64,000 nt of DNA from Vicinamibacterales bacterium (GCA_965197395.1 CBDANB010000007.1:855594-919593), one strand, 5' to 3'. Counted from the first letter of the stretch, positions 27,157 to 38,265 are shown. Made by a program: numbers and translations. The notes: generated by a model from the letters alone, not told the origin.

Positions 27157-28831
27157 AGCGCGCGAGTGGTGTGGCGTCGACCAAGCCGTCGCCCTCGCGA
27201 ATCGTGAGTTGGTGGTTCACGTCGGGAGACGCCACCCGGTCGATCGTCCCGCTGGGCCAGAGGACGCGCACGGCCTCGACCGTCGTCGCGCGCCCCAGAC
27301 CGAACGTCACCGGGAGCTCGCTCTGCGAGGCGTAGCTCGATCCCGTCTTGACGATCTGCCAGGGCGTATTCCCGCCGGTGGTCACCTCCACCCGGGCGCC
27401 AATGCCGTCGCGGTTCGAGTCGACGCCGATGGTGCGGACGCGGATCACGTTGTTCGTGCCACGGGTGTCGTTCCGGAGCAGGCGCGCGGGACCGTTGTTC
27501 TCCGTGACGAGCACGTCGAGGTCGCCGTCGCCGTCCAGATCGCCGTAGGCAGCGCCCCGGCCAACCACGGGGTGCGCCAGCGCGGGACCCGCCACGGCGG
27601 TGGCGTCCTCGAAGCGCCCCTCGCCGATATTGCGGAACAGCAGCGCCGGCTGCGCGTAGGTGACGCGCGACTGCACCTCCTCGACGAGGTCGTCGACATG
27701 CCCGTTCAACGCGAAGATATCCGGCCGGCCGTCGAGATCGTAGTCGAAGAAGAAGCAGCCGAACGTGAGGGCCAGTAGCGATCCTCGGCCGACGGCGGAC
27801 CGTGGCGCCTCGTCGATGAACAGGCCGTTGCCTTCGTTGTGAAAGAGCGCAATCATTTCATTGGAGAAGTTGCCGACGATGAGGCTCGGTCGGCCAGAGT
27901 CGTCGTAGTCGATCGCGTCGACACCCATCCCCGCCCTCGCAACCCCCGCCTCGCTGTACGCCACACCCGCGACGACGCCGATGTCCTCGAACGTGCCATC
28001 GCCGCCGTTGCGATACAGCTGGTCGGGCTGGGTGTCGTTCGCCACGAACAGGTCCATCCAGCCGTCGCCATCGAAGTCGAGCATCGCGACGCCGAGCGCC
28101 TTCGACGCCGGGTTCGACAGTCCCGCGCGCGCGGTCACCGCCTCGAACGTGCCGTCGCCGCGATTCCGGTAGAGCGTCGGACTCTGACCCGTGTACGACT
28201 CGGGCGTGCAGTAGGACTTGCTCTCGCCGCCACGCGGCCCCGGGCAGAACAGATCCGTCTCGATGGTCCACTCGACGTAGTTCGCCACGAAGAGGTCCAG
28301 GTGGCCGTCCTTGTCGTAGTCGAACCAGAGCGCGCTGGTGGAGAACCCGCCGTCCGCGACGCCGGCCTCCGCGGTCACGTCGACAAACGTGCCGTCGCCC
28401 GCCCCCCTGAACAGCCGGTTGTCGCCGAGCGCGGTCAGATAGATGTCGACGTCACCATCGTTGTCGTAATCGGCCGCCGTGCCACCCACGCCGTACATCT
28501 CGACCGCGAGCAGTCCCGAACCCCGGGTGACGTCGGTAAACGTGCCGTCGCCATCGTTCCGGTAGAGCACCGGATGGGTCGCGTCGCCGCCGCGCCCCGG
28601 CCAGTGTGACGAGTCGACGAGGAGAACGTCCTGCCACCCGTCGCCGTCGATGTCGAGCACCACGCCGCCGGCGCCCATCGTCTCGGGGAGATACTTCTCG
28701 CCAAAGGCGCCGTTCGTGTGCACGAACGTGATGCCGGCGGACTCGGTGACGTCGGCGAACTCCGCTGGTTGTCCTCCCGCGGCGACGGTGAGTACGAAGG
28801 CGAGGCCCACGAAGGCGACGACGCGTGCCAT
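27146..28831 (-). CDS. CRTAC1-family (FG-GAP + ASPIC/UnbV) secreted protein
   Basis: ETMGAGG, DIDGDGWQD, GMGVDAIDYD, VGRGAAYGDLDGDGDLD, GSSYASQSE. Confidence 0.9.
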   Translation of the reverse strand: MARVVAFVGLAFVLTVAAGGQPAEFADVTESAGITFVHTNGAFGEKYLPETMGAGGVVLDIDGDGWQDVLLVDSSHWPGRGGDATHPVLYRNDGDGTFTDVTRGSGLLAVEMYGVGGTAADYDNDGDVDIYLTALGDNRLFRGAGDGTFVDVTAEAGVADGGFSTSALWFDYDKDGHLDLFVANYVEWTIETDLFCPGPRGGESKSYCTPESYTGQSPTLYRNRGDGTFEAVTARAGLSNPASKALGVAMLDFDGDGWMDLFVANDTQPDQLYRNGGDGTFEDIGVVAGVAYSEAGVARAGMGVDAIDYDDSGRPSLIVGNFSNEMIALFHNEGNGLFIDEAPRSAVGRGSLLALTFGCFFFDYDLDGRPDIFALNGHVDDLVEEVQSRVTYAQPALLFRNIGEGRFEDATAVAGPALAHPVVGRGAAYGDLDGDGDLDVLVTENNGPARLLRNDTRGTNNVIRVRTIGVDSNRDGIGARVEVTTGGNTPWQIVKTGSSYASQSELPVTFGLGRATTVEAVRVLWPSGTIDRVASPDVNHQLTIREGDGLVDATPLARWGR

Positions 28832-28833
28832 GC

Positions 28834-31677
28834 TCAGTTCTGCGAGGCCGCCTGCGCCTGTTCGTCGGACACCGTGGCCGGCGCCGGTTGTCGATGTTCG
28901 TGAATGGACTGCCGCTCGTTGTTGTCCTCCGGGGACGCGCGCCGGAACGATCCGGTGATGGCCTGCGATGCCTCATCCGCCGTGAACCGCTCGTAGAGGA
29001 GCTGCTCGCGCTCGGCCATCACCGTGTCGCCTGCCCCGCGGTAGCACAGCATCAGGTTGTAGTGCGCGTTGAGATCTTCGGGGTCGATCGACAGCACGTC
29101 TTGAAAGGTCGCGATCGCCTCGTCGAAGCGCCGGTCGAGGAACTGGATGCGGCCAATCTGACCGAGCACGACGCGGTCGCGCGGATACTGCTCGTGCGCA
29201 ACCTGTAGATGTGTCAACGCCTCATCGTACTGCCCCAGCGTCTTGAGCGCGGTCCCGAGCAAGAAGTGCGTCCTCGCGAGATCGGGCGCGACGTCGAGGG
29301 CGCTCTCCAGCACCGGAATCGCCGCGTCGACGTCGCCCTCCTGCAAGAGCGCTTGCGCGAGGCTCGTGGGGCCGTCGGCATAGCTCGGATCGATGGCCAT
29401 GACCGTCCGAAAGGCGGCCCCAGCGCCTTTCAGATCGCCTTGCAGCAGGAGGCCGATGCCGTAGTCGTTCCATCGTTCGCGCGTCGATGGGTCGAGCGGT
29501 GACGTCACGTCTGGCAGCGTCGCATCAGCGTCGATGACCGACACCGACGCCTCTGCCTCGGCCATCACCGTGGTCGGGATGTCTGGGATCGCCTTGATCT
29601 GACCCGACACATCCGACGTGTCGCCCGTGAAGCTCCACACGCCGTCGTCATAGGCGGCGCCGACCGGCGGATTCGTCTCCGACGCGTCGCGAACCCCGGC
29701 GAACGCCCACTGCGTGTTCCACCAGGCGAACTTCCGGTAGTTGACCTTCGCGCGCAGCGTGATGCGGTCCCCCGCGTCGTCGGGAACCTGCAGCCGGTAG
29801 TGGATCGTGTCGGCAGCGCCCGGCGGGATCAGCCGCACATACGCCACCGAACGCGTCATCCAGGCGTTCCGCTTGTTGATCGGGTTGCTGTGTTCGTCGA
29901 GCTGCAGGCTGCGGTAGAAGTGGGCGCCGGGGTCGACCGGTCCGGCGCCGTCGTCCGCCGCCTCGCCGCTATGGAGCAGCACCTGCCCCCGCTCATCGAC
30001 CGCCTCGAACTCGACCCAGACATCGAAGGCGTCGACCGTCCCGCCCGGAAAGAAATGCCCGACCTTGCGCGTCCGGACGACGACCTCCACGCGGACCGAT
30101 TCGCCGCGCCGCACAGTGACCGGGACAATGTCGAGTGGCGCCAGGACTTCCGAAGGCGGCCCGGTCAGCGCGACCCCAGCCGCCCCGAACCGCATCGACT
30201 CCTCGCCGACGGCGAACGTGCTCGACAGCCGCGGCTCGGCCGTGGCGCGCCGACGCGTCGACGCCGGTGGCGGTGCCTCGTCGACCCGCGTCACGCCGAA
30301 GACGTCGACCGAGACCTGCCCGTCGCGTAGGAAGTCCTGCACCACCTTCAGCTGCTCCGCATCGTTGTTGACGAACGGGATCGCGGTGTTGGCGCCGGGG
30401 AAACGGTGCGACCGGATGAGCCCGTCCATCGCCGCCGGGTCGTCCGAGGGGACGAGCGGCATGTGGCAATCCCGACAGGTCTGCGGGCTTGGCGGGTAGT
30501 AGAACGACCGCGCTCCCTGGCCCGATACGCCGGACGCCTGCCAGTTGTCGTATTCGTTGAATCCGCGGATCCAGCGGTATTCGTTTACTGGCACGTCGAG
30601 GTGCACCTTGTGACAGACAGAGCAGAACTCCGCGCTCTGTTCGCGGTGGAACGGCTTCAGAAACGTGGTCCGGTGTGGACCGGGCGCGAGATTCAGAAGC
30701 AGGTCGTGAGTGGTCTGCAGTACCGGGTTGTCGCTGGCCGCGAGGTCGTGCAGCGGCGGATACTCGATGTCGAAGTCGCCCTGACCCATCGTGCTGCGCA
30801 CGCTCACGATCGAATGGCACGAGGTACACGCGAGTCCCGCCTGCGCCTCGGGCGTATCGATCTGCTCCCTGATCGGGCGATCGAACCTGCCGTTGAAGAA
30901 CACGGCGTGGTCGTGGCAGCCGGCGCACCACTTCGATGGCTGGGTGCCGACAACATCCTGCATGTACTCGATCGACTTGCGATACCACTGGTTGTTGAAC
31001 GACGAGAAGTGGTGGGCGGAGGAGTTCCACTGCTCGTAGATGTCGGCGTGGCACCGTCCGCAGGACTCGCTGGTCAGGAAGAAGTCGGCCGGAATCAGGT
31101 CATGGACGTTGGTGTCGGCCGACGACGGAAAAAACGGGCTGTCGGGGCCCGCGCCCTCGCCCTCCATCGAGGTCGGAGGCGTGCCCGGGTTCGTGATGCG
31201 GTGGGCCTCGCGCCACGCCGCCTCCCCCCGTGCGCGCACGATTGGGGCCGCAAGCCCCACGAGGAGAACCGCAATGACCGCGGCCCGTACGCCCCAGATC
31301 ACCCGCAGGCTGCCCTCCACGGCGCGCCACAGGTGCACGGCAAGCAGTCCGGAGCCGATGACTGATAGCCCGATGTGCGCGTAGAGGACCGGAGCGTTGG
31401 CCCGCGTCGCGCCGACGACGGCGACCACCAGCCCGAGCAGCAGTCCGAGGCCGAGGCCGGCGAGCCCCGCCATGCAGAGAGGTGCGGGGACCCAGCGACG
31501 GCGGAGCAGACGCGGCGCCACTGCGAGCGCCAGCGCGAGGCCGAGCGCCGGATGCACCGCGACGTTCGTGAAGTACCAGAGCGACGGGCTCGGCACCGCG
31601 GCCAGATACGCCGCGTTCACGAGCAGGAGGAAGTACCCGGACACGAGCGCGCGCAGCAACAGCGGCGGCATCGACAC
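28834..31677 (-). CDS. Membrane-anchored pentaheme c-type cytochrome with C-terminal TPRs
   Basis: N-terminal TM helices; CGRCH, CAGCH, CTSCH, CSVCH, CRDCH; TPR tail. Confidence 0.88.
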   Translation of the reverse strand: MSMPPLLLRALVSGYFLLLVNAAYLAAVPSPSLWYFTNVAVHPALGLALALAVAPRLLRRRWVPAPLCMAGLAGLGLGLLLGLVVAVVGATRANAPVLYAHIGLSVIGSGLLAVHLWRAVEGSLRVIWGVRAAVIAVLLVGLAAPIVRARGEAAWREAHRITNPGTPPTSMEGEGAGPDSPFFPSSADTNVHDLIPADFFLTSESCGRCHADIYEQWNSSAHHFSSFNNQWYRKSIEYMQDVVGTQPSKWCAGCHDHAVFFNGRFDRPIREQIDTPEAQAGLACTSCHSIVSVRSTMGQGDFDIEYPPLHDLAASDNPVLQTTHDLLLNLAPGPHRTTFLKPFHREQSAEFCSVCHKVHLDVPVNEYRWIRGFNEYDNWQASGVSGQGARSFYYPPSPQTCRDCHMPLVPSDDPAAMDGLIRSHRFPGANTAIPFVNNDAEQLKVVQDFLRDGQVSVDVFGVTRVDEAPPPASTRRRATAEPRLSSTFAVGEESMRFGAAGVALTGPPSEVLAPLDIVPVTVRRGESVRVEVVVRTRKVGHFFPGGTVDAFDVWVEFEAVDERGQVLLHSGEAADDGAGPVDPGAHFYRSLQLDEHSNPINKRNAWMTRSVAYVRLIPPGAADTIHYRLQVPDDAGDRITLRAKVNYRKFAWWNTQWAFAGVRDASETNPPVGAAYDDGVWSFTGDTSDVSGQIKAIPDIPTTVMAEAEASVSVIDADATLPDVTSPLDPSTRERWNDYGIGLLLQGDLKGAGAAFRTVMAIDPSYADGPTSLAQALLQEGDVDAAIPVLESALDVAPDLARTHFLLGTALKTLGQYDEALTHLQVAHEQYPRDRVVLGQIGRIQFLDRRFDEAIATFQDVLSIDPEDLNAHYNLMLCYRGAGDTVMAEREQLLYERFTADEASQAITGSFRRASPEDNNERQSIHEHRQPAPATVSDEQAQAASQN

Positions 31678-31792
31678 CTCGACTTCAGGTTAGCTCAGGT
31701 AGGGCCGGCCGCGCACATCGCGCGCAGACCCACCACGCGCCAGCGAATTTCCCGGATGTTCCGACGCCTGCGGGGGCTTGGGGCGAAGCCCA

Positions 31793-32599
31793 TCAGGTAA
31801 GACGTCGAAGGGCGGTTAGTGGACGTGAGAAGCGGCCAGTAAATCTAAGGTTGGCGCTCGACCCGCGGAGCGATGTTGCGCCGAGAAAGTTCCGTGTCTC
31901 GACGACTAGCGTGTCGCCTTCCCAGCTCGCACGCGAATCACCCACCCACTGGCGAAGGTTGGCCGGCATGTGGGGACGTCCGTCCAGCGGGACGATGCGG
32001 GCGTTGTGCACCATCTCGTTGAGAATGACGACGTGGTCGGCCGACTGGAAGAGCTGCACGTTGTTGTTGTACGCGCTCGGCGTCATCGGCGGCGCGGAGT
32101 TGAAGCCGAGCAGGCACCGTTCCGAGCTGCCGCGATCCTCCGGCCCGTGCGCGTGCCGGTCCCTCAGGATGCGACGTAGCGCCGCCTCGGCCTCCACCTT
32201 CGGCCGCGCGGCGGGAATGCGTCCATCCGGTGGATTGACGACCAACGACGTCCGCTGGTCGGAGAGCGTGACGCCGTCCTCGAACCAGACCCGCACGGAG
32301 TACCCGAGCTTTGCGCCTGGCGGGGCCTCCTCGTTCGCGGACTCGTTCGCCGCGCGCCGGTCGTTGCGCGCCTGTTCCCAGGCCGCGGCTTCCTCCGCCG
32401 TCAACGTGTCCTTCCCGGCGAGGTCCGCGGGACGCTCCATCGGCGTCGCGGTCGAGAAGTTCCAGACGCCTTGCAGGTCGGGCTGGCCATCCGGCGTCCG
32501 GGGCACCGCGTCCTGGCCCGTCGCGAGCGTGGGCGCGAGGAGGAGGAGGACGACGCACCCGAGGCCGGTGGCAACGGTCGAGAAAGTTGGATGACGCAT
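31793..32599 (-). pseudogene. ACHEGNY-family paralogue 2, C-terminally truncated
   Basis: Follows paralogue 3 closely up to SANL, then diverges near 31840 and lacks YACHEGNY. Confidence 0.75.
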
Positions 32600-32600
32600 G

Positions 32601-33596
32601 TCAGTTCTCCTGCTGGTCCTGGGTCGCGGCCGCTTCCCTTGCCTCGAGGGCGCGGGCGCCCGAGAGCGAGCTGGCCATGGAGTAGTTGCCTTCGTGGCAC
32701 GCGTACTCGTAGAGCGGCTCGTCGTTCTTCGTCATGAGGACCTGGGCGGTCCAGGGGCGCGCCCAGGTCGTCGGGTCGCTGACGGTGAACTCGTAGATCA
32801 AGGTGTCGGCGTCGCGACGCGTGAACCGCTCAACCAGGTGCAACGTCGAGCTCGAACCCCCGAGCGACGTTTCGCCGAGGAAGTTTCGCGTCTCGACGAC
32901 CAGCGTGTCGCCCTCCCAGCTCGCCCGTGAGTCGCCGACGTATTGCGGGAGGTCCGCCGGCAGATGGGGCCGTCCGTCGAGCGGAATGATGCGCGCGTTG
33001 TGGACCATCTCGTTGAGGATGCCGACGTGGTCGGCCGTCTGGAAGAGCTGCATGTTGTTGTTGTAGGCGCTCGGTGTCATCGGCGGTCCCGAGTTGAAGC
33101 CGAGCAAGCAGCGCTCGGAGAAACCGCGATCCTCGGGACCCTGCGCGTGCCGTCCACGAAGGATGCGCGTCAGCTCACGGTTTGCCTCGACCTTCGGTCG
33201 GACGGCCGGGATGCGTCCGTTCGGCGGATCGACGACGAGTGACGTCCGCTGGCGCTCGTCGAGCGAGTCACCCCACTCGAACCAGACGGCGAGGCTGTAG
33301 CCGACCCGCGCTTCGAGCGGCGCGGTCTCGAGCTCGGATTCGAGCCCTGCCCGTTGGGTGGCGAGGGTCTGCTCCCATTCGGCCGCTTCCTCGGCTGTCA
33401 GCGTCTCCTTGTCGGCCAGCTCCGCGGGGCGTTCCATGGGGGTCGCCGTCGAGAAGTTCCAGACGCCCTGCAGATCGGGATGACCGTCCGGCGTCCGCAA
33501 CGACGCGTCCTGACCCGCCGCGACGGATGGCGCGAACGCGACAAGTACCGCGACCAGTCCACCGACTCCGACACTTGCGAGGGATCGATCCGTCAT
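32601..33596 (-). CDS. ACHEGNY-family paralogue 3
   Basis: AGGAGG RBS; PDLQGVWNFST, ERCLLGFNSGPP, YEYACHEGNY. Confidence 0.85.
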   Translation of the reverse strand: MTDRSLASVGVGGLVAVLVAFAPSVAAGQDASLRTPDGHPDLQGVWNFSTATPMERPAELADKETLTAEEAAEWEQTLATQRAGLESELETAPLEARVGYSLAVWFEWGDSLDERQRTSLVVDPPNGRIPAVRPKVEANRELTRILRGRHAQGPEDRGFSERCLLGFNSGPPMTPSAYNNNMQLFQTADHVGILNEMVHNARIIPLDGRPHLPADLPQYVGDSRASWEGDTLVVETRNFLGETSLGGSSSTLHLVERFTRRDADTLIYEFTVSDPTTWARPWTAQVLMTKNDEPLYEYACHEGNYSMASSLSGARALEAREAAATQDQQEN

Positions 33597-33871
33597 GGAT
33601 ACCTCCTGAAACGGTGGCAACGAGGGACCGGGGACGGTGTCATGCTAGGAAGACTGCATTGTAGCAAACGGCGGGCGGACCCCGGCGTCCGGTTGTGGGG
33701 CGCCTTGATCCCGTAGGCTCACGAGCTTACACGCCGGATCCTGTTTGATTTTCCTCCCGACGTGGTGGCGAAGCTGGACGGTCCGGCGCAGTAGGGCTCC
33801 TCGCTCCTGAAGATCATCGCGAGCGGTAGGCGTGGATCGGCCTGCGGTCGTCGGCGTTCGCGCACTGCCGA

Positions 33872-35176
33872 GTGTTGCCTGAGGTCCCGAACGTCACAAA
33901 GTCGACCTCCACGAAGAGACCAGTGATCGCGCCTCGCCTCGGCGCCGCCGCCGCCGCCGCCGCAATCCTCTTTTGGGGCCTGCACACCGGGGTCGTCGAC
34001 GTGGCTCGCCCGTCCGCCCAGTCCGCGACGGAGTGGTTCACGGAGGAGGCTCGGGCGGTGGGGCTCGACTTTTTGCACTTCAACGGCATCTCCGGCGAGT
34101 ACTACTTCGAGGAGATGATGGGCCCCGGTGTTGCGCTGTTTGATTACGACAACGACGGCGACCTGGACGTGTACGTGCCGCAGGGACAGATGCTCGGTGC
34201 CGGCAAAACGGTGGCCGACGCCGTGCTGCCGCCGCAGATGCCGTTGCTGCTGACCGATCGCCTCTATCGCAACGACCTCGAGGTGCGTGCCGATGGCTCG
34301 CGGACGGTGCGGTTCACCGATGTCACCGAGGGGAGCGGCCTCGAGGTGCGCTCGTACGGCATGGGTGTCGCGACGGGGGACATCGACAACGACGGGTGGG
34401 TGGACCTGTATCGGACACGCCGTGGGCCCGATCAGATGTTCCGCAACAACGGTGATGGGACCTTCGCCGATGTCTCCGCGCACGCGGGAACGCAGCAGCC
34501 CGCGTGGGGCATCTCCGCGTCGTTCGTTGACGTGGACCGCGACGGCTGGCTTGCCAGCGACCGGATTCGGCACCCGCTTCTTCGACTACGACAACGACGG
34601 CGCGCTCGACATCATGGCCGTCAATGGGGCGGTCGCCGCCGTTGCCTCCCTCGTGAGGGCGAAGGACCCGCACCCGTTGCACGAGCCCAACCAGCTACTA
34701 TTTCGCAATCGGGGCAACGGGCGGTTCGACGAGGTCACGGAACGCGCGGGCCGGTCTTCGAGCTCTCTGAGGTCAGCCGGGGCGCGGCCTTTGGCGATCT
34801 CGACAACGACGGCGACACCGACGTCGTCGTCTCCAACAACGCGGGCCCCGTCCGCCTCCTGCGCAACAATATCGGGAACCGCAACCGGTGGCTCGGCGTG
34901 CGTCTCGTGGGCGGGAGTCCGCCACGCGACATGCTGGGCGCGCGCATCGGTGTCTTTCCGAGCGGCGGCTCGCCGCTGTGGCGCCGCGCCCGAACGGACG
35001 GCGGGTACGCCTCCGCCCACGATCCACGCGTCCTCGTCGGCCTCGGCGAGTACACCGACGTGGAACGGGTCCGCGTCGTTTGGCCGAGCGGTCGCATCGA
35101 GGAGTGGACCGACCTCGACGTGGAGCAGTGGCAGACCTTGATGGAAGGGAGCGGTCAGGACACGAGTGGACCGTAG
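33872..35176 (+). pseudogene. CRTAC1-family gene with internal deletion and frameshifts; start uncertain
   Basis: EMMGPGVALFDYDNDGDLD...DVDRDGWL jumps to GFGTRFFDYDNDG (other frame), then back to EVSRGAAFGDLDNDG...WRRARTDGGY. Confidence 0.75.
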
Positions 35177-35215
35177 CCGTGTACTGAGGAACGCGCAGTC
35201 GAGGTCCGGTCCGGG

Positions 35216-35359
35216 TCAGGCGCGCCGCGCGAGCTCGCGGATCAGCTCTTCCTGTGAATGAACGCCGAGCCTGCGAAAGATCGATCGCAGATGGTTTCGC
35301 ACGGTGTGTTGACTGATGTCCAGCTGCGTGGCGATTGACCGAACGCGGCCATTCGTCAT
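35216..35359 (-). pseudogene. LuxR-type HTH C-terminal remnant
   Basis: RSIATQLDISQHTVRNHLRSIFRRLGVHSQEELI*. Confidence 0.75.
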
Positions 35360-35725
35360 CGCCGTCGTTATCGAAATCGCCGGCGTCGACGCCCATGCTG
35401 GCTTCCGGTGTGCCGTGCTCGCTCAGCGAGGCCCCCGACAACAGGCCCAGGTTGGTGAACGTTCCGTCGCCCTGGTTCATCCACAGCAGGTTGTCGCGGC
35501 CGTCGTTGGCGACGTAGATGTCCATCCAGCCGTGGTTGTCGACGTCCCCGGTCGCGACCCCATGCCGTGACCCTGGGCGTCGATGCCGCTCGCCTCGGAG
35601 TTCCGTCCAGAGCCCGATGGATCACCCGAGCAGCCGATCATGGCAACGACAGCAATGCCCAGGAGGGTGCCGGCCCTGCGACACGCGGCGACGCAGACAG
35701 CCCACTGACGATCGAAGGAGCCCAA
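35360..35725 (-). pseudogene. Collapsed CRTAC1-type lipoprotein remnant
   Basis: Lipobox VAMIGC, then ASGIDAQGHGMG, frameshift, VATGDVDNHGWMDIYVANDGRDNLLW...GVDAGDFDNDGDD, fused to the LuxR remnant. Confidence 0.65.
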
Positions 35726-35750
35726 GGATCCGATTTATAGTTGCTGCACG

Positions 35751-37568
35751 ATGCGACGCTCCACCGACGCCGATCCGGGCAGCGGACGGCCAATCACGCG
35801 CCGGATCGTCCCGCGTGTGCTGCTCATGGCGGGCTGCCTGAGTGGCTGCGCGGCGGGTCCGGGCGAGCCGTCCGACCGACTACGCACGGACGATCCGACC
35901 GAGGTGACGGCGCCACCAGCAGCCGATCCGCCCTTTGTCGAGCGCGCGGCCGCATCCGGTCTCGACTTCGTGCACGTCAACGGCCGGTCCGGGCGTTTCT
36001 ATCAGCCCGAGATCATGGGGCCCGGCGTCGCGCTCTTCGACTACGACGGCGATGGCGACCTCGACGTCTACCTGGTGCAAGGCCAGATGCTGAGTCCGGC
36101 CGCGGAGGATGAGGCCCCCGCGACACAGCGGAGCGGACCGTCGCTCGGCGGTCGACTGTATCGGAATGACCCCGAGGTCGGTGGCGACGGTGTGCGCACA
36201 CTCGAGTTCACCGACGTGACGGAGGCCAGTGGGATCGATGCGCGCCACTACGGCATGGGCGTGGCGGCCGGCGATTTCACCAACGACGGCTGCGTCGATC
36301 TCTACCTGACACACTTCGGCCCGAATCAGCTGTTCCATAACGACTGCGACGGCACGTTCACCGATGTGTCGCGTGAGAGCGGCACGGCGGACCCGGGCTG
36401 GGGGGTGCCCGCGGCGTTCCTCGATATCGACCGTGACGGTTGGCTGGACCTGTTCGTCGGGAACTACTTGATCTACAGCATCGAGCGGCACCTCACCTGT
36501 GAGGGCGAGTCTGGACAGGTGGACTACTGCCCACCCGAGCGCTATCGCCCGGCGCCGGATCGGCTCTACCGCAATCGTGGAGACGGCACGTTCGCCGACG
36601 TGACGGCCGATGCGGGACTGGCGGGGGCGTTCGGGCCGGCGCTCGGAGTGGCGACCGCCGACTTCGATGGGGACGGGTGGATCGACCTCTTCGTCGCCAA
36701 TGACCAGCAGGAAAATCAGCTGTGGCTGAACCGGCACGACGCGACCTTCGAAGACACGGCCCTGCTGTCGGGCACGGCACTCGGGGTGTCCGGCGAGCGC
36801 AAGGCGGACATGGGTGTCGACGCCGGCGATTTCGACAACGACGGCGATGAGGATCTGTTCATGACCGATCTGACCGGGCAGGGCAGCACGCTCTACGTGA
36901 ACGGTGGCACCGGTCTGTTCGAGGAGCAGAGCGCGCGCTCGGGGATCAGGCTGGCGAGCCTGCCGTACACGGGCTTCGGCGCGGCCTGGTTCGACTACGA
37001 CAACGACGGGTGGCTCGACATCCTGTCCGCCAACGGCTTCGTCACGCAAGACCTCGATGCACTGGGTGCCGACAACCCGTTCCCGCTGCAACAACGAAAC
37101 CAGCTGTTCCGCAACCTGGGCGACGGACGGTTCGCCGATGTGACCGATGCCGCGGGCCCGGCGCTCGCGCTGTCGGAGGTGAGCCGCGGCGCGGCCTTCG
37201 GCGATCTCGACAACGACGGGGATACCGACGTCGTTGTCGCGAACGCGTCCGGGCCCGTGCGGCTCCTCCTCAACACGGTCGGTAACCGACAGAGCTGGCT
37301 CGGGTTACGGCTCGTTGGCGCCGACGGGGCGCGTGATATGCTCGGAACGCGAGTGGCGATCGAGCGTGCCGACGGCACGCCGCTATGGCGCCGGGCGCGA
37401 GCGGACGGGAGCTATGCGTCGGCGAACGATCCCCGCGTGCTCATAGGTCTCGGCGGGTCGACGGATATGCCGCGCATTCGCGTCACGTGGCCGAGCGGGC
37501 AGATCGAGACCTGGACCGACGTGGCGTTAAACCGATACACGACGCTCACCGAGGGCGCCGGCGGATGA
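35751..37568 (+). CDS. CRTAC1-family lipoprotein (intact)
   Basis: CLSGC lipobox, complete FG-GAP repeats, WRRARADGSYASAND ASPIC/UnbV domain. Confidence 0.88.
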   Translation: MRRSTDADPGSGRPITRRIVPRVLLMAGCLSGCAAGPGEPSDRLRTDDPTEVTAPPAADPPFVERAAASGLDFVHVNGRSGRFYQPEIMGPGVALFDYDGDGDLDVYLVQGQMLSPAAEDEAPATQRSGPSLGGRLYRNDPEVGGDGVRTLEFTDVTEASGIDARHYGMGVAAGDFTNDGCVDLYLTHFGPNQLFHNDCDGTFTDVSRESGTADPGWGVPAAFLDIDRDGWLDLFVGNYLIYSIERHLTCEGESGQVDYCPPERYRPAPDRLYRNRGDGTFADVTADAGLAGAFGPALGVATADFDGDGWIDLFVANDQQENQLWLNRHDATFEDTALLSGTALGVSGERKADMGVDAGDFDNDGDEDLFMTDLTGQGSTLYVNGGTGLFEEQSARSGIRLASLPYTGFGAAWFDYDNDGWLDILSANGFVTQDLDALGADNPFPLQQRNQLFRNLGDGRFADVTDAAGPALALSEVSRGAAFGDLDNDGDTDVVVANASGPVRLLLNTVGNRQSWLGLRLVGADGARDMLGTRVAIERADGTPLWRRARADGSYASANDPRVLIGLGGSTDMPRIRVTWPSGQIETWTDVALNRYTTLTEGAGG

Positions 37569-37699
37569 CGGGCGAGACCCAACTGGGGCGCCGATCGATT
37601 CTGACCGCCCTCGCGTGCGCGCTAGCCGTCGTCGGGAGCGCGTGTGCGCCATCTGACGCTGGCGATGCGGCGAGCGCTGCGGAGCTGACGGACTTGTAG
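37565..37699 (+). pseudogene. Lipoprotein signal remnant ending inside a REP
   Basis: MTGETQLGRRSILTALACALAVVGSAC...; ATGA-coupled to the upstream gene; stop is the TAG of GTAG at 37696. Confidence 0.5.
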
Positions 37700-37744
37700 C
37701 GCAGGCCTTTAGGCCTGCGAAGCACGGCTGAAGCCGTGCTCTAC
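37696..37744. repeat. GTAG-type REP doublet (family B)
   Basis: GTAGCGCAGGCCTTTAGGCCTGCG-AAGCACGGCTGAAGCCGTGCTCTAC. Confidence 0.75.
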
Positions 37745-37783
37745 GACGGATAACAGGTGCGAGGCGCAAAACTGAGCCGGAGA

Positions 37784-38265
37784 ATGATAAGAACACCCTT
37801 CCTCATCGGCGCCGTCCTGTCGCTGGTCGCCGGAAGCGAACTGGCGGCCGCCCAGGAGGACCTCCGTGTCATCGAGGCCGCCGAGCGTCGGGACGCGACC
37901 GCGGTGCAGGCGCTCGTCGCCTCGGAGGTCGACGTCACCGCGGCTACCGACGCCGGCCACGTGGCGACGAGGGGCGTGGCGCAGATCCGGGAACTCACGG
38001 CCCTGCACGCGGCCGCTCACATCACGCCGGCCTCACGGCCCTGCACGCGGCCGCTCACATCAAGTCGGACCGGTTGGTCCAGTTGCTCGTCGACCGCGGG
38101 GCCACGATCAACGTCACGAACGAGCGCGGCGAGACGCCGTTGATGCTCGCCGACCGCTTCCGAGCGGGCAGCGGCAATGTCCAGGTCCGCACCAGCACCG
38201 GGGAGCTCCTGCGCGCGCTTGGTGCAGACGAGCTGCCAGCGTCACTCCCTGATAGTCCGCGGTAG
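37784..38265 (+). pseudogene. Ankyrin-repeat protein remnant (deletion plus 30-bp direct duplication)
   Basis: Signal peptide and first repeat, duplicated TCACGGCCCTGCACGCGGCCGCTCACATCA, last repeats TALHAAA...GETPLMLA. Confidence 0.7.

Noticed and set aside
33943-33962. (GCC)n run as a phase-variation tract
   Set aside because: Triplet run encoding poly-Ala in a signal region of a pseudogene; changes would not shift the frame.
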